In this document: one piece after another, positions 29,144-39,128 of the stretch
Layout of the letters: each line of letters opens with the position of its first letter
Numbering within the stretch: the first letter of the stretch is position 1
Assembly: GCA_963734545.1 (NCBI GenBank)
Contig: CAVTHO010000007.1
Location: forward strand, 768,001 to 832,000
Source: an uncultured Spirochaetota bacterium
GTDB taxonomy: Bacteria > Spirochaetota > Spirochaetia > SZUA-6 > Fen-1364
DNA: 64,000 nucleotides
Reading direction: 5' to 3'
Notes under the pieces: model-generated
Database searches by the model: none
Seen by the model: the letters and a program-made list of their open reading frames with translations, nothing else
Told to the model about the DNA's origin: nothing
Made by a program: the position numbers and the translations under genes

Positions 29144-30583
29144 ATGACACATCGAAATTCGATTCGCGCGGCGATCGCGGCTCTTGCGCTGCTCGTCGGA
29201 ATCTCGGGACTCGCGTTCGCGGAGAGCCCGAACCAGCGGCTCACGCAGTCCTCGCCCTCCCTGCAGGCGGTGCAATCCTCATTTCGAGAGATCGCCCGGA
29301 CTGTCCTGCCCGCGGTGGTGGAGATAAACGTCACGGAAACCGTCACGCAGCAGGTCCCCCAGTTTGTCTTTCCATTCTCCGACCAGCTGCCGGGAGAGGG
29401 ACAGGGAAGGACTTTTCGACAGTCCGGCCTCGGATCCGGCATCATCGTGAAAAGGATCGGCAACACGGTCTACGTGCTCACGAACAACCACGTGGTCAAG
29501 GACGCCACGGAGGTGAGCGTCCGGCTGAACGACCAGAAAGACTTCAAGGCGAAGGTCGTGGGCACCGACGCGCGCAAGGACATTGCGCTTGTTTCTTTCG
29601 AAACGAGAGACAAGGTCACCGTTGCCGAGCTCGGAGACTCGGACAGCCTTCAGGTCGGAGATTTCACACTGGCGGTGGGAAATCCCTTCGGATTCGAGTC
29701 CACGATCACGATGGGCATTGTGAGCGCACTTGGCAGGCGCGGTCCTCAGGGGGACGCCTCTTCCTACACGGACTATATCCAGACGGATGCGGCGATCAAC
29801 CAGGGTAATTCCGGAGGCGCACTTGTCAATATCGAGGGACAGGTGGTGGGCATGAACACCTGGATCGCCGCCCCCACGGGAGGCAACATCGGGTTGGGCT
29901 TCGCAATTCCGATCAACAACGCCAGGCAGGCCATCAACGACTTCATTGCCAAGGGCAGGGTGGAATATGGGTGGCTGGGCGCGCAGATCGGCAACGTGCA
30001 GGACGATTCCACCTACCCCGGCTTTGCCCGTGATTTGAAAATAGAGGGAGTCAAGGGAGCGTTCGTTCTGAACCTTTACAAGGGATCACCGGCAGAAAAA
30101 GCCGGACTGCGTCCCGGTGACTACGTCACGAAGGTGGACAATACGCAGATTCAGAATACCGACCAGCTCACCCAGGTTGTGGGCGGTCTGAGTGCCGGCA
30201 AAGCCTCCAGCTTCGAAGTCATCCGCAATGGACAGAAGCAGACTCTTGTCGTGAAGATAGGAGCGCGCGACGACAAGGATCAGGTGGCCCAGTACAAGAA
30301 CCTCTGGCCGGGCATGACCGTGGTGAATATCACGGACCAGGTTCGCCAGGAGGCCGGCATTCCGCGGAACGTGCGGGGCGTGGTCATCGGCTATCTGCCC
30401 GACCAGGACACGCCGGCCGCAATCGCGGGCTTCCGGCCGGGGGACGTGATCACCGGCATCAATGGGAAGAGGGTCGGCACCATCATGGAATACTACAGGG
30501 CGCTCAACGACCGCGCAGGGTCCGACGTGACCTTCCAGATCACCAGGGAAGGTACCGACATCACGATCGGCCTCGGGCGGTAG
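29144..30583 (+). CDS. degP: DegP/HtrA (Do-family) serine protease with 2 PDZ domains
   Basis: Signal peptide, LTNNHVV, DIA and QTDAAINQGNSGGAL. Confidence 0.95.
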   Translation: MTHRNSIRAAIAALALLVGISGLAFAESPNQRLTQSSPSLQAVQSSFREIARTVLPAVVEINVTETVTQQVPQFVFPFSDQLPGEGQGRTFRQSGLGSGIIVKRIGNTVYVLTNNHVVKDATEVSVRLNDQKDFKAKVVGTDARKDIALVSFETRDKVTVAELGDSDSLQVGDFTLAVGNPFGFESTITMGIVSALGRRGPQGDASSYTDYIQTDAAINQGNSGGALVNIEGQVVGMNTWIAAPTGGNIGLGFAIPINNARQAINDFIAKGRVEYGWLGAQIGNVQDDSTYPGFARDLKIEGVKGAFVLNLYKGSPAEKAGLRPGDYVTKVDNTQIQNTDQLTQVVGGLSAGKASSFEVIRNGQKQTLVVKIGARDDKDQVAQYKNLWPGMTVVNITDQVRQEAGIPRNVRGVVIGYLPDQDTPAAIAGFRPGDVITGINGKRVGTIMEYYRALNDRAGSDVTFQITREGTDITIGLGR

Positions 30584-30605
30584 AACCAGGAAGCCAAATA
30601 CTATG

Positions 30606-30642
30606 GAAGCCGGCGCAGACTGAAGCTCTGCGCCGGTTCTTC
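30606..30642 (+). terminator. Terminator-like hairpin after degP
   Basis: GCCGGCGCAGA-loop-TCTGCGCCGGT then TCTTC, between convergent genes. Confidence 0.65.
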
Positions 30643-30690
30643 ATCATCGGACAGGCTCACCTCGTTCCGTGGCAGGAGACAGTCAGAAGG

Positions 30691-31515
30691 CTACATCCCC
30701 GCGTAGTACGCGTATTCCACGACCTCCAGGTAGCTGACCACTTTCGCAACCCCTTCCACGGCGCCTGCAATCGCCACGCACCGGTCCATCGCGGCCGGAA
30801 AGCGCACAGCCCCGTGCAGAGAGACCACGCCCTTGTCGCACACAACGTCCAGCGTCAAGACGGGAATACGTTCCCTGTAGACGATGGCGAGAGTCACGTC
30901 CTGGGCGATGCGCAGGTCCCGCAGCATCGCTCGCGCGAGGTCGCCGGCCCCCGCGTACGTGGGCGAACGGAGAAGCGTCTCCACCATGCTGCAGATCTCC
31001 GCGGGAGTGATGGCCGCCGTGTTCACAACAAGGTCGTAGTCCGCCGGTGAGTCCCAGAGGGCATTGAAGAAGTACTTGTGGTAGCCGGCACGATCGTGAT
31101 CACTCTGGTGGACCATGCGAAGCGCGCGCTGCTCGTCTATGCCCAGGCGCTTGCAGAGGCGCGCAACCCGGACCTTGGAAGGCGCAATAATCCTCATCTT
31201 GAGCGCGCCGGGTATGCCCCGAAAGATGATGTTGGCGCCTCGCCCGACCACGATACAGTCCTTTTCCTCCGCGAACCGATACATTGCCGCCTTCATGAAT
31301 GCGAAATACCGGTCTTTTTCCAGACTGAACTGCTCCCAGAAGCCGGGCTTTTTTTCGTCATCCCGCTCGAACTGCGGTTCGGTCATGCCCAGTTTCTTGA
31401 GCAAGACTTCCAAAGACTCCTTGTCGAGCTTGGAGTAGCCAGGCATGGAAGAGAGAGTGTCCGCGATCTCGGTTCCCAGGCTTCCAAGTTCTCTCGAGAG
31501 CGTTATGATCGCCAT
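30691..31515 (-). CDS. Cytidylate kinase-like protein with C-terminal BON domain
   Basis: IITLSRELGSLG, VVGRG, D.DRA.Y and YDLVVNT; C-terminal GVVSLHG...VEGVAKV. Confidence 0.88.
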   Translation of the reverse strand: MAIITLSRELGSLGTEIADTLSSMPGYSKLDKESLEVLLKKLGMTEPQFERDDEKKPGFWEQFSLEKDRYFAFMKAAMYRFAEEKDCIVVGRGANIIFRGIPGALKMRIIAPSKVRVARLCKRLGIDEQRALRMVHQSDHDRAGYHKYFFNALWDSPADYDLVVNTAAITPAEICSMVETLLRSPTYAGAGDLARAMLRDLRIAQDVTLAIVYRERIPVLTLDVVCDKGVVSLHGAVRFPAAMDRCVAIAGAVEGVAKVVSYLEVVEYAYYAGM

Positions 31516-31684
31516 GGCGAATCCCCCCTCTGTATAACAACGGAGGAGCGCAGGCTGTTACGGCGGGAAACCCGCTGCCCCGGGCGCGAGGAGGCCGGGA
31601 CTCTATGCGGCCGGTGGGTGAAGTAGTAGAATAGCGTCAGGCCGCCCCGCGCCCTGTCATGTAGTCGCGTGAAAGGAGGAGGAT

Positions 31685-32095
31685 ATGCTCCAGAAAAAAC
31701 TTCTCGCAGGTCGGAAGGTGGAAGTCACTTTCAGAATGCCGCCGCTGGAAGACATTGTGGAGCTCTATCTCTGCGGAGAATTCAACGGCTGGCAGGTCAA
31801 CGGCATTCCGTTCACTCTGGAATCGGACGGCACGTGGGTTGCCAGGGCAGTGCTGGACGCAGGGAAATCCTATCGCTTCCGGTACTATGACAACCAGGGA
31901 CGCTGGCTGAACGACAGGGAAGCCGACTCATACGTTGCGAACGACTTCGGAAGCGAAGACTCTGTCGTTGATCTGGTGATGGCCCCGGGAAAGCCTTTGA
32001 AGGCGAAGGGCGCGAAAAAGGCTGCACCGCCAAAAGCCGGCCGGGGCAAATCAAAGAAGACCTCCGGGGGCCGGCAGACGAAGACGAAGCGGTAG
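31685..32095 (+). CDS. CBM48/isoamylase early-set domain protein with Lys-rich tail
   Basis: VTF, LCGEFNGW, YRFRY, W.ND.EAD.Y..N.FG and DSVV. Confidence 0.85.
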   Translation: MLQKKLLAGRKVEVTFRMPPLEDIVELYLCGEFNGWQVNGIPFTLESDGTWVARAVLDAGKSYRFRYYDNQGRWLNDREADSYVANDFGSEDSVVDLVMAPGKPLKAKGAKKAAPPKAGRGKSKKTSGGRQTKTKR

Positions 32096-32207
32096 TTCTG
32101 CCCCGTCCCGGCGCCGCCGCAACTCTGCCTGTGGCGCACGGGCGCCCCCATAGGTTATACTCGGTCCGGTTTGTGCGGACAGCACGTCAGGCTCCGATGG
32201 TCTTCCA

Positions 32208-34633
32208 TTGGAGGAGGCGGCGATCACGTTCCTGCCAGGGTGGTTGAACCTCGACTCCCTCTCCATCATACGGCTGGCCGCGCTGCTGCTCTCTCTTGTC
32301 ATTTGCGTCTACCTCCTGCAGGTCCCCCGGAGGTCCCTCGCAACCCTGTTCCTTGCCGGCGCTTTCCTGGGCGCATTCCTGTTCAACCTTGCCTCGTTCT
32401 TCGAGTTCGCCGGGCCGTACTACTGGCAGCCGCGTACTCTTAAGACGGTCCTGGTGCTGCTGTTCAGCGACATAGGCCCGTCGCTCGCCATGGAGTGTCT
32501 CCTCCTTTTCGCATACCACTTCCCGCGTTTCCGGGGCGCCGAGCGCAGGGAGTTCAGGATCGTTTTCGCTCTCTCCATGGCTCTGAACGCCGGTGTCCTC
32601 GGCCTCAACGTGTACAATCATTTCATCCTGCAGTGGCACTTCAGCGATACGCATCTCTGGAACGTCTATTGGCTGGTGTTCTACTGCAGCCTCACGATGC
32701 AGTTCCTGGGAGCGACCGTCCTCTTGTTCCGCAAGGCGGCTCGGCTGTCCCGCCACGGCTCGGCGTCGTTCGGGGAAAGGATCATGCACCCGCGCGGCCG
32801 TGATGCAGAAACGGCAAGGGCCCTGGGCGCGATCCTGCTGCTTCCTCTTCTGGCGGCCGTCGCCTCCCTCGGTATGACCTACAGCGTCCTGCCCTTCTCC
32901 CTGGCGAGCTACCTCACGTGGCTCGGCCTCCTCCTGTTCTACCTGGGATTCGTCGTCATCTACCTCAACCACAGCGCCGATCCCCTGACTCTGCAGGTGA
33001 AACTGCTGGGGGTCACCCTTGTCCTGATCCTGAGCACCATGGGGCTCGTCGCGCTGTTCGTGGGCGAGACAATGGTAAAAGACTATCCTCCTCCGCCGCT
33101 TCCTGCGAGCCACTCCACCATCCGCTTCACTCTCAACCGCCTGCACAGCTACGACATCTGCCGCACGGAGGACTCCTTCGATCCGGAACTGGGGCGGAAG
33201 GTGGACATCGCATACGGACGCCCCTTTGCTGCGGTGCTGGACTTCGATTTCCCGTTCTTCTCCACTCCGATACAGAACGATTCATGTCCTCAATGGCCCG
33301 ATGATCTACCTCGGCGAGCGGGTGAGGGAGAATGGATGGGGAGGGTACAACCCGCAGCCGGCCATCGCGCCGCTCATCATGAACCTGGATCCCTCGAGGG
33401 GCGGGGGAGTAGACATCAAGTCCCGTCCAGACTCGGTGACAGTCACCTGGTTCCGCCTTCCCGAGCTGGGAGCCGAGAACGCGAATACGATCCAGCTCGT
33501 CCTTCGAGCGGACGGCACGATCGAGATGTGCTTCGAGGATCTCTCTCCTTTCTACGGGCCGTCGATCGAACAGCAGCGCAACTACGCGGCCGCGAGCGCG
33601 ACCGGTGGCGATCCTGCCCCGGGTGGCAAGCCCGCCCCATTTCCTCCCCTGCTGACGGGGATCCATCCTGGCGGCACGACCGCTCCGTTGGAGCCGATCA
33701 GCTTCACGCGAGGTCTCCCATGGTCCGGCGCCGGCCCGGCGGTGATCTTCCAGTCGTACGAGGCGGGTTTTGCGGGCTACCTGAACTCCCGGATCGGGGT
33801 GCTTGCCGGGCTCACTGTCGTGGCGAGCCTCCTCGTCCTCTTCCTGATCCCGCTGCTCCTGCGCGCGAGCCTCTTCACCCCTTTGAGGGTGCTGTCCCGC
33901 GGAATGAGCCGGGTGGCGGCCGGCGACCTGGCCGCGTCCGTCAGCGTGCAGTCTCGCGACGAGATAGGGTCCCTGGCGAGGTCGTTCAACCGGATGGTCG
34001 GGGGATTGAGAGAGCGGTTCGAGCTTACCAAGTACGTCTCCGACGGGACCATCGATGCCTTGAAAACCAGCCAGGAACCCCGGCGGGTCGACAGGACCCT
34101 TCTGTTCACCGACGTGCGCGGCTTCACCTCCTATACGGAGCGGCGCAAGCCTGAGCAGGTCCTGGAGGTCCTCAATCGCCTGCTGGAGCGCCAGTCAGAG
34201 GTCATACGGCGCCACGGGGGAGACATCGACAAGTTCATCGGCGATGAGATCGTGGCCGTGTTTTCCGGCGAGACAGCCCCGTGCAGCGCGTGCGCCGCAG
34301 CCCTGGGCATCGTGCTGCTGTGCAAGCGCGACGCCGTGGAGTTCGAGGGGCTCACCGTAGGGGCAGGCATCGCCACCGGCTCAGTCATCCAGGGAATGAT
34401 CGGGTCAATCCGGCGCGCTGACTTCACCGTGATCGGAGACTCGGTCAACCTCGCCGAGCCGGCTGTGTGGCATCGCCAAGGGAATGCAGATCGTCGTGAG
34501 CGACGCGAGCATGAGGGAGGCTGCGCGCGACTTCCGGTTCATGGGCCCGTTCTCTGTCCGCATCAAGGGGAAGAGCGAACCTCAGCGGGTATGGCTCCTG
34601 AGCGGCCCGGCAGCCGAAGAGGCGACGACCTGA
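32208..34633 (+). CDS. Multi-TM sensor class III adenylate cyclase (NIDO-like + HAMP), frameshifts ~33270 and ~34455
   Basis: HAMP DEIGSLARSFNRM; FTDVRGFT, DKFIGD, DFTVIGDSVNLA(S)RL and IKGK; TGA at 34631-34633 in a third frame. Confidence 0.85.
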
Positions 34634-35036
34634 AAGTCAAGAGGCCTCCTCGCGCCGCCAACTCCCGAAGCTGAATCGTACCCTCCTGACCCCGCCTCGT
34701 TTTTCTTCAGACCCTTGCAACGCAAAGCTGTAAAAGGCAAAGTACGTTGCAGTGGTCGAGATGCTGCATCATGCCCCAAAGTGCTATAAGTCATTTCATT
34801 CAAACGAATAAGCACTGTCCGCTCTTCTTGGCATCCTCTTTGCTTGATCCTGGTGAAGGTCATAGAGCCGTATGCCAAGAGTCGAGCGAGTTGTCATGTC
34901 GGGTCCTCCCCAATGGTGCCGGCCTCCGCCCTGGATTGCCGGGATCAGTACCATGCAGACAAGAAGGGAGAATGCGCATACCGGCTGTGTGCGCCTCTCG
35001 TGATCGTAGTGAAAGGCTCCAAGTAGGAGGTCGAAG

Positions 35037-36098
35037 ATGAGTAGATACTTGAAAGCCATCGGCTTGTTTTCATTTGCCTTGCTGATCAGCGTTTTCCTGG
35101 CTGCGTGCGAGCCTCCCGACGGAAACGGAAAGTCGCACACGCTGTCGGGCAATGTGGCGAGTCCCAGCGGCATCTCGGTTCCGGATGGAACCTATGCCTA
35201 TCTGAAACTCGTCGAGAGCGGCGGGTTGCCCACTGATCAGGCCCAGTACTGGACACGGTCCAGCGTCTTCTCCGGAGGCAGTGCAAGCTACTCTGTCATC
35301 GGCGTTAACACAGGCAGCTATACCGGCCATGCATTCATCGACATGAATGCACATGCCTCCAACGATGCGGCTGCGATGCCCGACCCAGGTGACTATGCAC
35401 TGCAGAACGGGAAATCCATCGACATTTCAGATGACCAGACGCTGCAATTCGACTCGAGCGGGTGGATTAAGGTCGACCAGAGCGGGTTCAGCATCCTGGG
35501 ATTTTGGAGCTCGTTTCTCGCCTACGCGAAGTACACAGGCGTGGGGCAGTTCGAGCCCGACGGAACATATACATCCTGGGAGGATCACGCAGGTACAATA
35601 TTGGGCGTTAAGGGTACTTGGTCTCTAATCGGGGACGTTTTGACGATAGGTGTTGGCGGGGATACCGTCATCTTCCCATTAGAGTGGTGGAACGAGAACC
35701 AAGTTGAGCTTGTGGACGATGAATACCCCGGCATGTTGTATCGAAGAGATTTCGAACCTGACGGCAAGCTTTTCAACAATCCCAAGTATTCCCCAATAAC
35801 GCTTGATATGGGAACGCAAACCGAAGGCAGCCTGTCATTCGACGGAATAGCACTCTATCAATATGTGGCAGGCCCGAATGCTCAAAATGCAGTCGTCTCC
35901 TGGCAGGATAGAAAAAACTCCGCCTACACCGCCCACCTGGAGGTCTGGGTCTACGAGGATGAGGAGACCTTGGCCTATCCGGGGAGGGCGACCAAATCCC
36001 CAATCAACGTGGCTATGACGCAGGGCCAGACCTATTATGTTGTTGTGGCAAACCAGCCTGGGGATTCGGGGACCTTTTCAATAATGGTAAGTGAATAG
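35037..36098 (+). CDS. Lipoprotein, hypothetical (lower GC)
   Basis: AGGAGG RBS and lipobox FLAAC; visibly more AT-rich codons. Confidence 0.82.
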   Translation: MSRYLKAIGLFSFALLISVFLAACEPPDGNGKSHTLSGNVASPSGISVPDGTYAYLKLVESGGLPTDQAQYWTRSSVFSGGSASYSVIGVNTGSYTGHAFIDMNAHASNDAAAMPDPGDYALQNGKSIDISDDQTLQFDSSGWIKVDQSGFSILGFWSSFLAYAKYTGVGQFEPDGTYTSWEDHAGTILGVKGTWSLIGDVLTIGVGGDTVIFPLEWWNENQVELVDDEYPGMLYRRDFEPDGKLFNNPKYSPITLDMGTQTEGSLSFDGIALYQYVAGPNAQNAVVSWQDRKNSAYTAHLEVWVYEDEETLAYPGRATKSPINVAMTQGQTYYVVVANQPGDSGTFSIMVSE

Positions 36099-36291
36099 AG
36101 GAAAAATGTAGCCGCCCTGTCTGCCCTCGCCCCCCGAATTGCGGCACCTGATTCCGCAGTCGGGGGGGAAGGCAATCCGGCCGACAGGCCCCGCCTGGAA
36201 ACGCAGGGCGCGGAAACGACGTACCCGGAATCAATGGATCCGTCTTCCAAAGGAAGCAAGAGTGTTAGCCGCGCTCGCCGCAGCGAGCTTT

Positions 36292-36373
36292 GGCTGTCCG
36301 CTCCCCTACTAGTATAACGGGCCCGGGCACGGGCCTGTGACCGTGTAGGGCGGGCCATCGGGGACCGTCGGGG
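36292..36373 (+). repeat. Degenerate, internally deleted copy of 36565-36700
   Basis: Shared blocks GGCTGTCCGCTCCCCTAC.AGTATAACGG, CTGTGAC.GTGT and AGGGCGGGCCATCGGGGACCGTCGGGG. Confidence 0.9.
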
Positions 36374-36498
36374 CTGGAATGTTGAAGCACTTCATGCACG
36401 GGCCACGGGGGAGCTCCTGACAGCTCGACAGGCGGTTTGGGTTTCTGCGGCCATGAGTGTATATTCTGTTCTGTGCCAGTCTGCCGGGAGGACGATGC

Positions 36499-38229
36499 AT
36501 GAAAACCTCTGCCAGGAAGTTCCGCCTGCCTGCCCTTGCCCTGACGGCCGCGGTGATGATCGCGGGCTGTCCGCTCCCCTACGAGTATAACGGCCCAGGC
36601 ACGGGCACCTCCCATACCACCGATCCAAGCAGCCCCAGCATTACGGCCCCTGTGACGGTGTCCTATTCCGTGCAGGGCGGGCCATCGGGGACCGTCGGGG
36701 ACGGCGCTTCCTTCTATGCGGGCGACACGATGACCGTGACCCTGTCCACTGCCACCGTGAGCTCTTTCATTTTCTATACCGACAACGGGACTCCGCTCTC
36801 GCTCTCCAGCCTGGGCTCGGTCAAGAAGATAAGCGCGTCGAGCGGTGAGATCACGATCACCCGGGCCACCTCCCTCCAGTCCCTGGACATTCGCGCCATC
36901 GCGATCGGCCCCAATATGCTGCCCAGTGCGGCCGTCCACGCGACTCTTGGTGTCAGCCCTTACCCGATCCTTTCGATCACCCGGGACAACGCTTTCGCGA
37001 GCGAGGATGGGGGAACGGCGACATTCACCATTACCTCCTCCAGCGCTCCGGCCAGCGACATCACCGTGAACCTCGCGACCAGCGGCGACTATGAGCCGGG
37101 CGACGTGACGGGTCTCCCCGCGTCGGGTTTGCCTCTTTCCCTGACGCTCCTTGCAGGCGCGACCACGATCAGCCTCCCCATCACCGGGCAGCCCGATACG
37201 GACCTGGTCGACGACACAGTCACCCTGACGCTCCAGGCCGGCTCGACAACGCCCCCTGTCTACACCGTCGGCGCCCCCGCGAGCGCGAGCGTAGTGATTC
37301 AGGACAACCAGAAACCGACCTACACTGTGACGTACAATGGGAACGGAAATACCGGCGGCACGGCGCCGACCGACGGGAACGGCTATCATGCAGGTGACCC
37401 GGTCACGGCGCTGCTCAACAGCGGAGGCCTGGTGAAAACCGGCTACTCTTTTGCGGGGTGGAATACGCAGGCTGGCGGAAACGGCACCACCTACGCTCCG
37501 AACCAGACATTCACAATGGGCGGCGCCAACCTGGTCCTGTACGCAAAATGGGGGCCGAGGACCGCAACAATTCTGGCTGATTTTGCCTGGGTCGGGACTG
37601 GTCAGCGACCAGAAGCTATCGCCTACGACGGCACCTCGCTCTGGGTTGGAGACGTGAACGAATCCAAGGTCTACAGGATAAATCCCTCGGATGGCTCCGC
37701 CATATCCTCTTTCTCGCTCGGCACTCCTGGCCCCACCCATGCTCTCGCTCTCGACGGCGCCGGCGAGATCTGGACAACAACGTTCTGGACCGATCCGCCA
37801 GCGCTCTACCGGTTCCCGATGACCTTCGTATCGCCTGACCGGACCCTGACACTTCCGACCACAATGTCATATCCCACCGGGATGACTTTCGATCCCACCA
37901 ACAATGTCTTCTGGGTGGTAAACACGAACTCTCCTGCCAATCCATCGCATTTCTGGAAATTGGATGCCAATGGCTCGGTGATAGATTCGTGGGATCTTTC
38001 GGGCGGAACGCCATACGTCTATGGACTTTGCATGGACAGTGACCCGAATTATCTCTGGATGGTCGCGGGGAACAGCTTGTCCAGGATTTCAATCGCCGGG
38101 AGACAGGTCGTGGAGACGTACCCAATAGCGGGGGCAGACCTGCTCCAGGGAGTAACGATGGTCTCACCTGATACCTTCTGGCTGGTGTCGGGAAACAACA
38201 AGAGGCTCCTGAAGGTACAGCTTCAATAG
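36499..38229 (+). CDS. Surface lipoprotein: Calx-beta-like, InlB B-repeat and beta-propeller domains
   Basis: Lipobox IAGC; ASEDGGTATFTIT...ASVVIQDN; YTVTYNGNG...GYSFAGWNT...LYAKW; YDGTSLWV repeats. Confidence 0.85.
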   Translation: MKTSARKFRLPALALTAAVMIAGCPLPYEYNGPGTGTSHTTDPSSPSITAPVTVSYSVQGGPSGTVGDGASFYAGDTMTVTLSTATVSSFIFYTDNGTPLSLSSLGSVKKISASSGEITITRATSLQSLDIRAIAIGPNMLPSAAVHATLGVSPYPILSITRDNAFASEDGGTATFTITSSSAPASDITVNLATSGDYEPGDVTGLPASGLPLSLTLLAGATTISLPITGQPDTDLVDDTVTLTLQAGSTTPPVYTVGAPASASVVIQDNQKPTYTVTYNGNGNTGGTAPTDGNGYHAGDPVTALLNSGGLVKTGYSFAGWNTQAGGNGTTYAPNQTFTMGGANLVLYAKWGPRTATILADFAWVGTGQRPEAIAYDGTSLWVGDVNESKVYRINPSDGSAISSFSLGTPGPTHALALDGAGEIWTTTFWTDPPALYRFPMTFVSPDRTLTLPTTMSYPTGMTFDPTNNVFWVVNTNSPANPSHFWKLDANGSVIDSWDLSGGTPYVYGLCMDSDPNYLWMVAGNSLSRISIAGRQVVETYPIAGADLLQGVTMVSPDTFWLVSGNNKRLLKVQLQ

Positions 38230-38338
38230 TCGGGCGCAGTGACGTTGGGCGGCGAGGGACTCGGACCCCCGACCTTGAGGCATCATGAAGAAGGTCGAGG
38301 TCTCTCCGTCAATAGCGCTCAGCGAACCGCAACTTCCG

Positions 38339-38896
38339 TCAGCGCTCGCCCGTTTCTGAGCCCGGCGCGAACACGGGCTGCAGGACGATGTCCAGATCGT
38401 GCTCTTTCTGCAGCCGTGAGAACTCCTCCTTCAACCCGCTGACGGAGATCGAGGGTCCGACCACCAGGTGCGCGGACAGTCGGAACATCGGCGCGCCCGT
38501 CCACGGCGCCGGGGCTGTTTCGGTTTCAAGGTCTTCGATGTTGATGGCATAGCGGCGGAGCAGCGCCGTGATGACGTGTACGATTCCGGGCATGTCCAGC
38601 GATACCGCCTTCAGGAGGTAGGGGCGTCCCTTCTCCTCTGCCCGTGGTTCGCGGGTGGGATGGCAGCCCACGCGGAGACCCTGCTTCTCGCCCCATGCCG
38701 GCAGCGATCTGGCCATGGAATCCACCGACGCTGCCGCGCCCGAGACGAGCATGATGACGGCGAACTCGCCGCCCAGGACCGCCATTTTGCTCTCCTCGAT
38801 ATTGCAGCCGGCACCGGTCACCGCGCCGGAGATCTCGTCCACGATTCCCACTCGGTCGGGCCCCACAGCGGTGAGAACGAGGAATCCTGTAGCCAT
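38339..38896 (-). CDS. GcvR-like tandem ACT-domain protein
   Basis: LTAVGPDRVGIV...CNIEES.M..LGGEF; second ACT D.PGIV..IT...INIEDL. Confidence 0.88.
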   Translation of the reverse strand: MATGFLVLTAVGPDRVGIVDEISGAVTGAGCNIEESKMAVLGGEFAVIMLVSGAAASVDSMARSLPAWGEKQGLRVGCHPTREPRAEEKGRPYLLKAVSLDMPGIVHVITALLRRYAINIEDLETETAPAPWTGAPMFRLSAHLVVGPSISVSGLKEEFSRLQKEHDLDIVLQPVFAPGSETGER

Positions 38897-39128
38897 GCCG
38901 AAAGATTATCCGGAACGGGATGGCGATGTCCACTCGCAACAGGATCGCTCAGGCTCGCCCGGCTGGCGGAACAGGTCTGGGGTCTGCTTCCTTTCTGTTC
39001 ACTGGGTTCATAAGAATGCTTTGATGCTCTATAGTTGCCACAGGCAGATTGCACGGCAATAAGGCTGTGGCGCTGGGCCCTGAGACACGAAGCTGCCGGA
39101 AGCGGCCTTCTCGAGCGGGAGGACGGCT

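Noticed and set aside
31583-34656. 14-bp inverted repeat GGCGCGAGGAGGCC flanking the CBM48 and cyclase genes
   Set aside because: A GC-rich 14-mer match is expected by chance in 64 kb; no transposase or target duplication.
34844-35026. 60-aa ORF upstream of the lipoprotein
   Set aside because: TTG start without an RBS and no recognisable features; treated as intergenic.
36122-36174. Long hairpin as a c-di-GMP riboswitch
   Set aside because: Lacks the GEMM GGCAAA/GAAA/GACGCAAA arrangement; more likely a 3' stem of the upstream gene.
36292-36700. DGR template/variable repeat pair
   Set aside because: Mismatches are not adenine-specific, there are large deletions, the location is N-terminal, and no reverse transcriptase is in the window.
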